Assembly (NCBI GenBank): GCA_973895155.1
Contig: OZ316899.1
Coordinates: 15,155,974 to 15,219,973 of the forward strand
Origin: Marsupella aquatica
Lineage: Eukaryota; Plantae; Marchantiophyta
DNA: 64,000 nt
Reading direction: 5' to 3'
The stretch's first letter is position 1. The number at the start of each line of letters is the position of its first letter. A program made the position numbers and the translations under genes. Under the pieces are notes generated by a model that had not been told where the DNA came from, searched no databases, and saw only the letters and a list, made by a program, of their open reading frames with translations. Below are positions 62,361-64,000 of the stretch, piece by piece.

Positions 62361-64000
62361 CGCCATGTAGCGATAGACGAGAGCAGCGATTACGATGATG
62401 AAAGATGGTCGAAGCTGAAGCAAAACCCCTAAAGATGCAGCTTGGCCATACTCTCCTTCCTCACCTGATAGCGCTAGGCATTCAACCTCCCTCTTCAATG
62501 AACCTCACAGTAGCTTGAAGGTCGATAGATTTTACCTCGTCTCCTGAGCAGAAATGTCTGCATTAGCTGAACAGAGCCCGGAACAGAGCTATCGCATTTA
62601 GCCTCCCGACTCCAAAATCGAACGCAACACAACCTCCAACTCCCAATGGCAGCTCAGTAGGTTGATCAACTCGATCAATGCAGGTCAGTCGACCTCAATA
62701 GCCACACTAGAAGCTCACTGCAAGTCACTCAAAGGTCAGACTAGAAGCTCCGCCGCCTTCACACCGTAGCAAAAAACAATGAGACCAATAGCAATTACGA
62801 CAAAGCTTCAAAATGGCAGGTGTGTTCTTCGATCCCCAACAGATTAGCATAGAAATCCCTTGCGCTTCTACCTCCCTCCTCGTTCTACCTTGGGCTCGAA
62901 CAAAACTTCAAGGAGGAATAGGGTTCCGGTATGCACTGGACAAGAAGTCAGTGAGTGAGGGTCCCGTAGTCGACGTGAGAAAAGCCGAGAGTAAGCAGAG
63001 TGAGTTCAAGTAGTGGCAGCAGAAGACGAATCAGACGCGCACTCACGCACAATGCACCTCAACACTGAACACAGAGAACTGAACCTAGTGAGAGTCCAGG
63101 TCCTTTGCGTTGACATGAGCCGTCCTAAAGCAAATTGGACACAACACAATATTCCTCCGCCTAGCTCGCAGTGATCCTCCGCCTTGCTTGCAGTAACTAG
63201 CCTCTGCCTAGCTAGTTTGCACTGTCATGGCTGCAACTTTTTGTGCAATGACTTGGCCCTCCTGCCAACTGCGAGCTCCCAAAAGTATGTTGAGCAGATG
63301 TACACTCAGGCACCACCTCGTAGAGCTCAACTCCAAGTCGGAAGCTCTCACTTGAAACTCAATAGCAGCTTAGCTCACCAACAGGTTGAAAAGCGACAAT
63401 GGACTCCCCTCAAAACTGATTGGCAGACCTCCACACTGACGCTCGTAGCTGGCCAATCCTAAACACATTTGCACCCTAAAGTCCAGTCGCGCTCAAATAC
63501 TTTCATTGCCCCCTGCAGGAAGTTCGCGAAGAGTGCAGCTGGAATGAAGGTCGTCGACTCCCAATTTCCCTCGCAAAACCAACCTCCACGGCACACTGAC
63601 CCTGAACACTTAGGGCAAGTAGTACCCCCAAAATCTCTTGCAAAACCAACCTCCAAGGTACACTGACCCTGAGGGAAAGTAGTACCCCTCACATGTGGGC
63701 AGCCATCGAGTGACTTAGCAAACAGGTTGGTTTGGACATAAAAGAACCAATGCAAATGACTTAGCAAAAAGTTCAATGTGGGGAGAGTGCACTTTGGTCA
63801 AGAACAAGGCCAAATATAGTCAGGTATGAATCCACATTATAAGTGAAAGTACCCACCATTCTGATGAAAACCCCCACATTTATACCCATTATATTTGGAC
63901 TTATTGAACCATGAGTGTGCAATATGTAGTTGCACCGGGAGTTGCATATTAGGGATTGGCATCCGAAATTGGCTAATGGGGTATGCATGCTGACGGAATT

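Noticed and set aside
60300-64000. ORFs at the right end of the window as a host gene or LINE
   Set aside because: No RT, endonuclease or other domain motifs and no coherent exon chain recognised.

Overview
Eukaryotic DNA, almost entirely nested transposable elements; the protein families suggest a non-seed land plant such as a bryophyte (inference). No intact host gene is visible. Left part (1-25990): an Athila/Tat-like Ty3/gypsy pol whose 3' LTR contains an ORF; two 4.0-4.5 kb TG...CA elements with 5-bp TSDs that look like solo LTRs and each carry a long paralogous ORF; and several nested copies of a chromodomain Ty3/gypsy family whose ~1.5-kb LTRs start AGT and end ACT, with the boundary fixed by a CTTAT TSD. 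Right part (25991-64000) opens with a CACTAG terminus. It contains an intron-containing Plavaka-type transposase pseudogene hit by two related MITEs, one of which holds an intact Bianca-type Ty1/copia with identical LTRs. It also contains an En/Spm TnpD + TnpA gene pair and decayed cargo with chromatin-related domains: an EDM2-like PHD cluster with tandem BRCT, a PMD-like/coiled-coil/RING-H2 gene and an N6A/N4C DNA methyltransferase remnant. A captured RPL18a exon and a small group II intron fragment are also present. Best candidate for a new system: gypsy LTRs that encode their own large protein flanked by family-specific CG-containing motif clusters. All family assignments are by eye from motifs; no database search was run.
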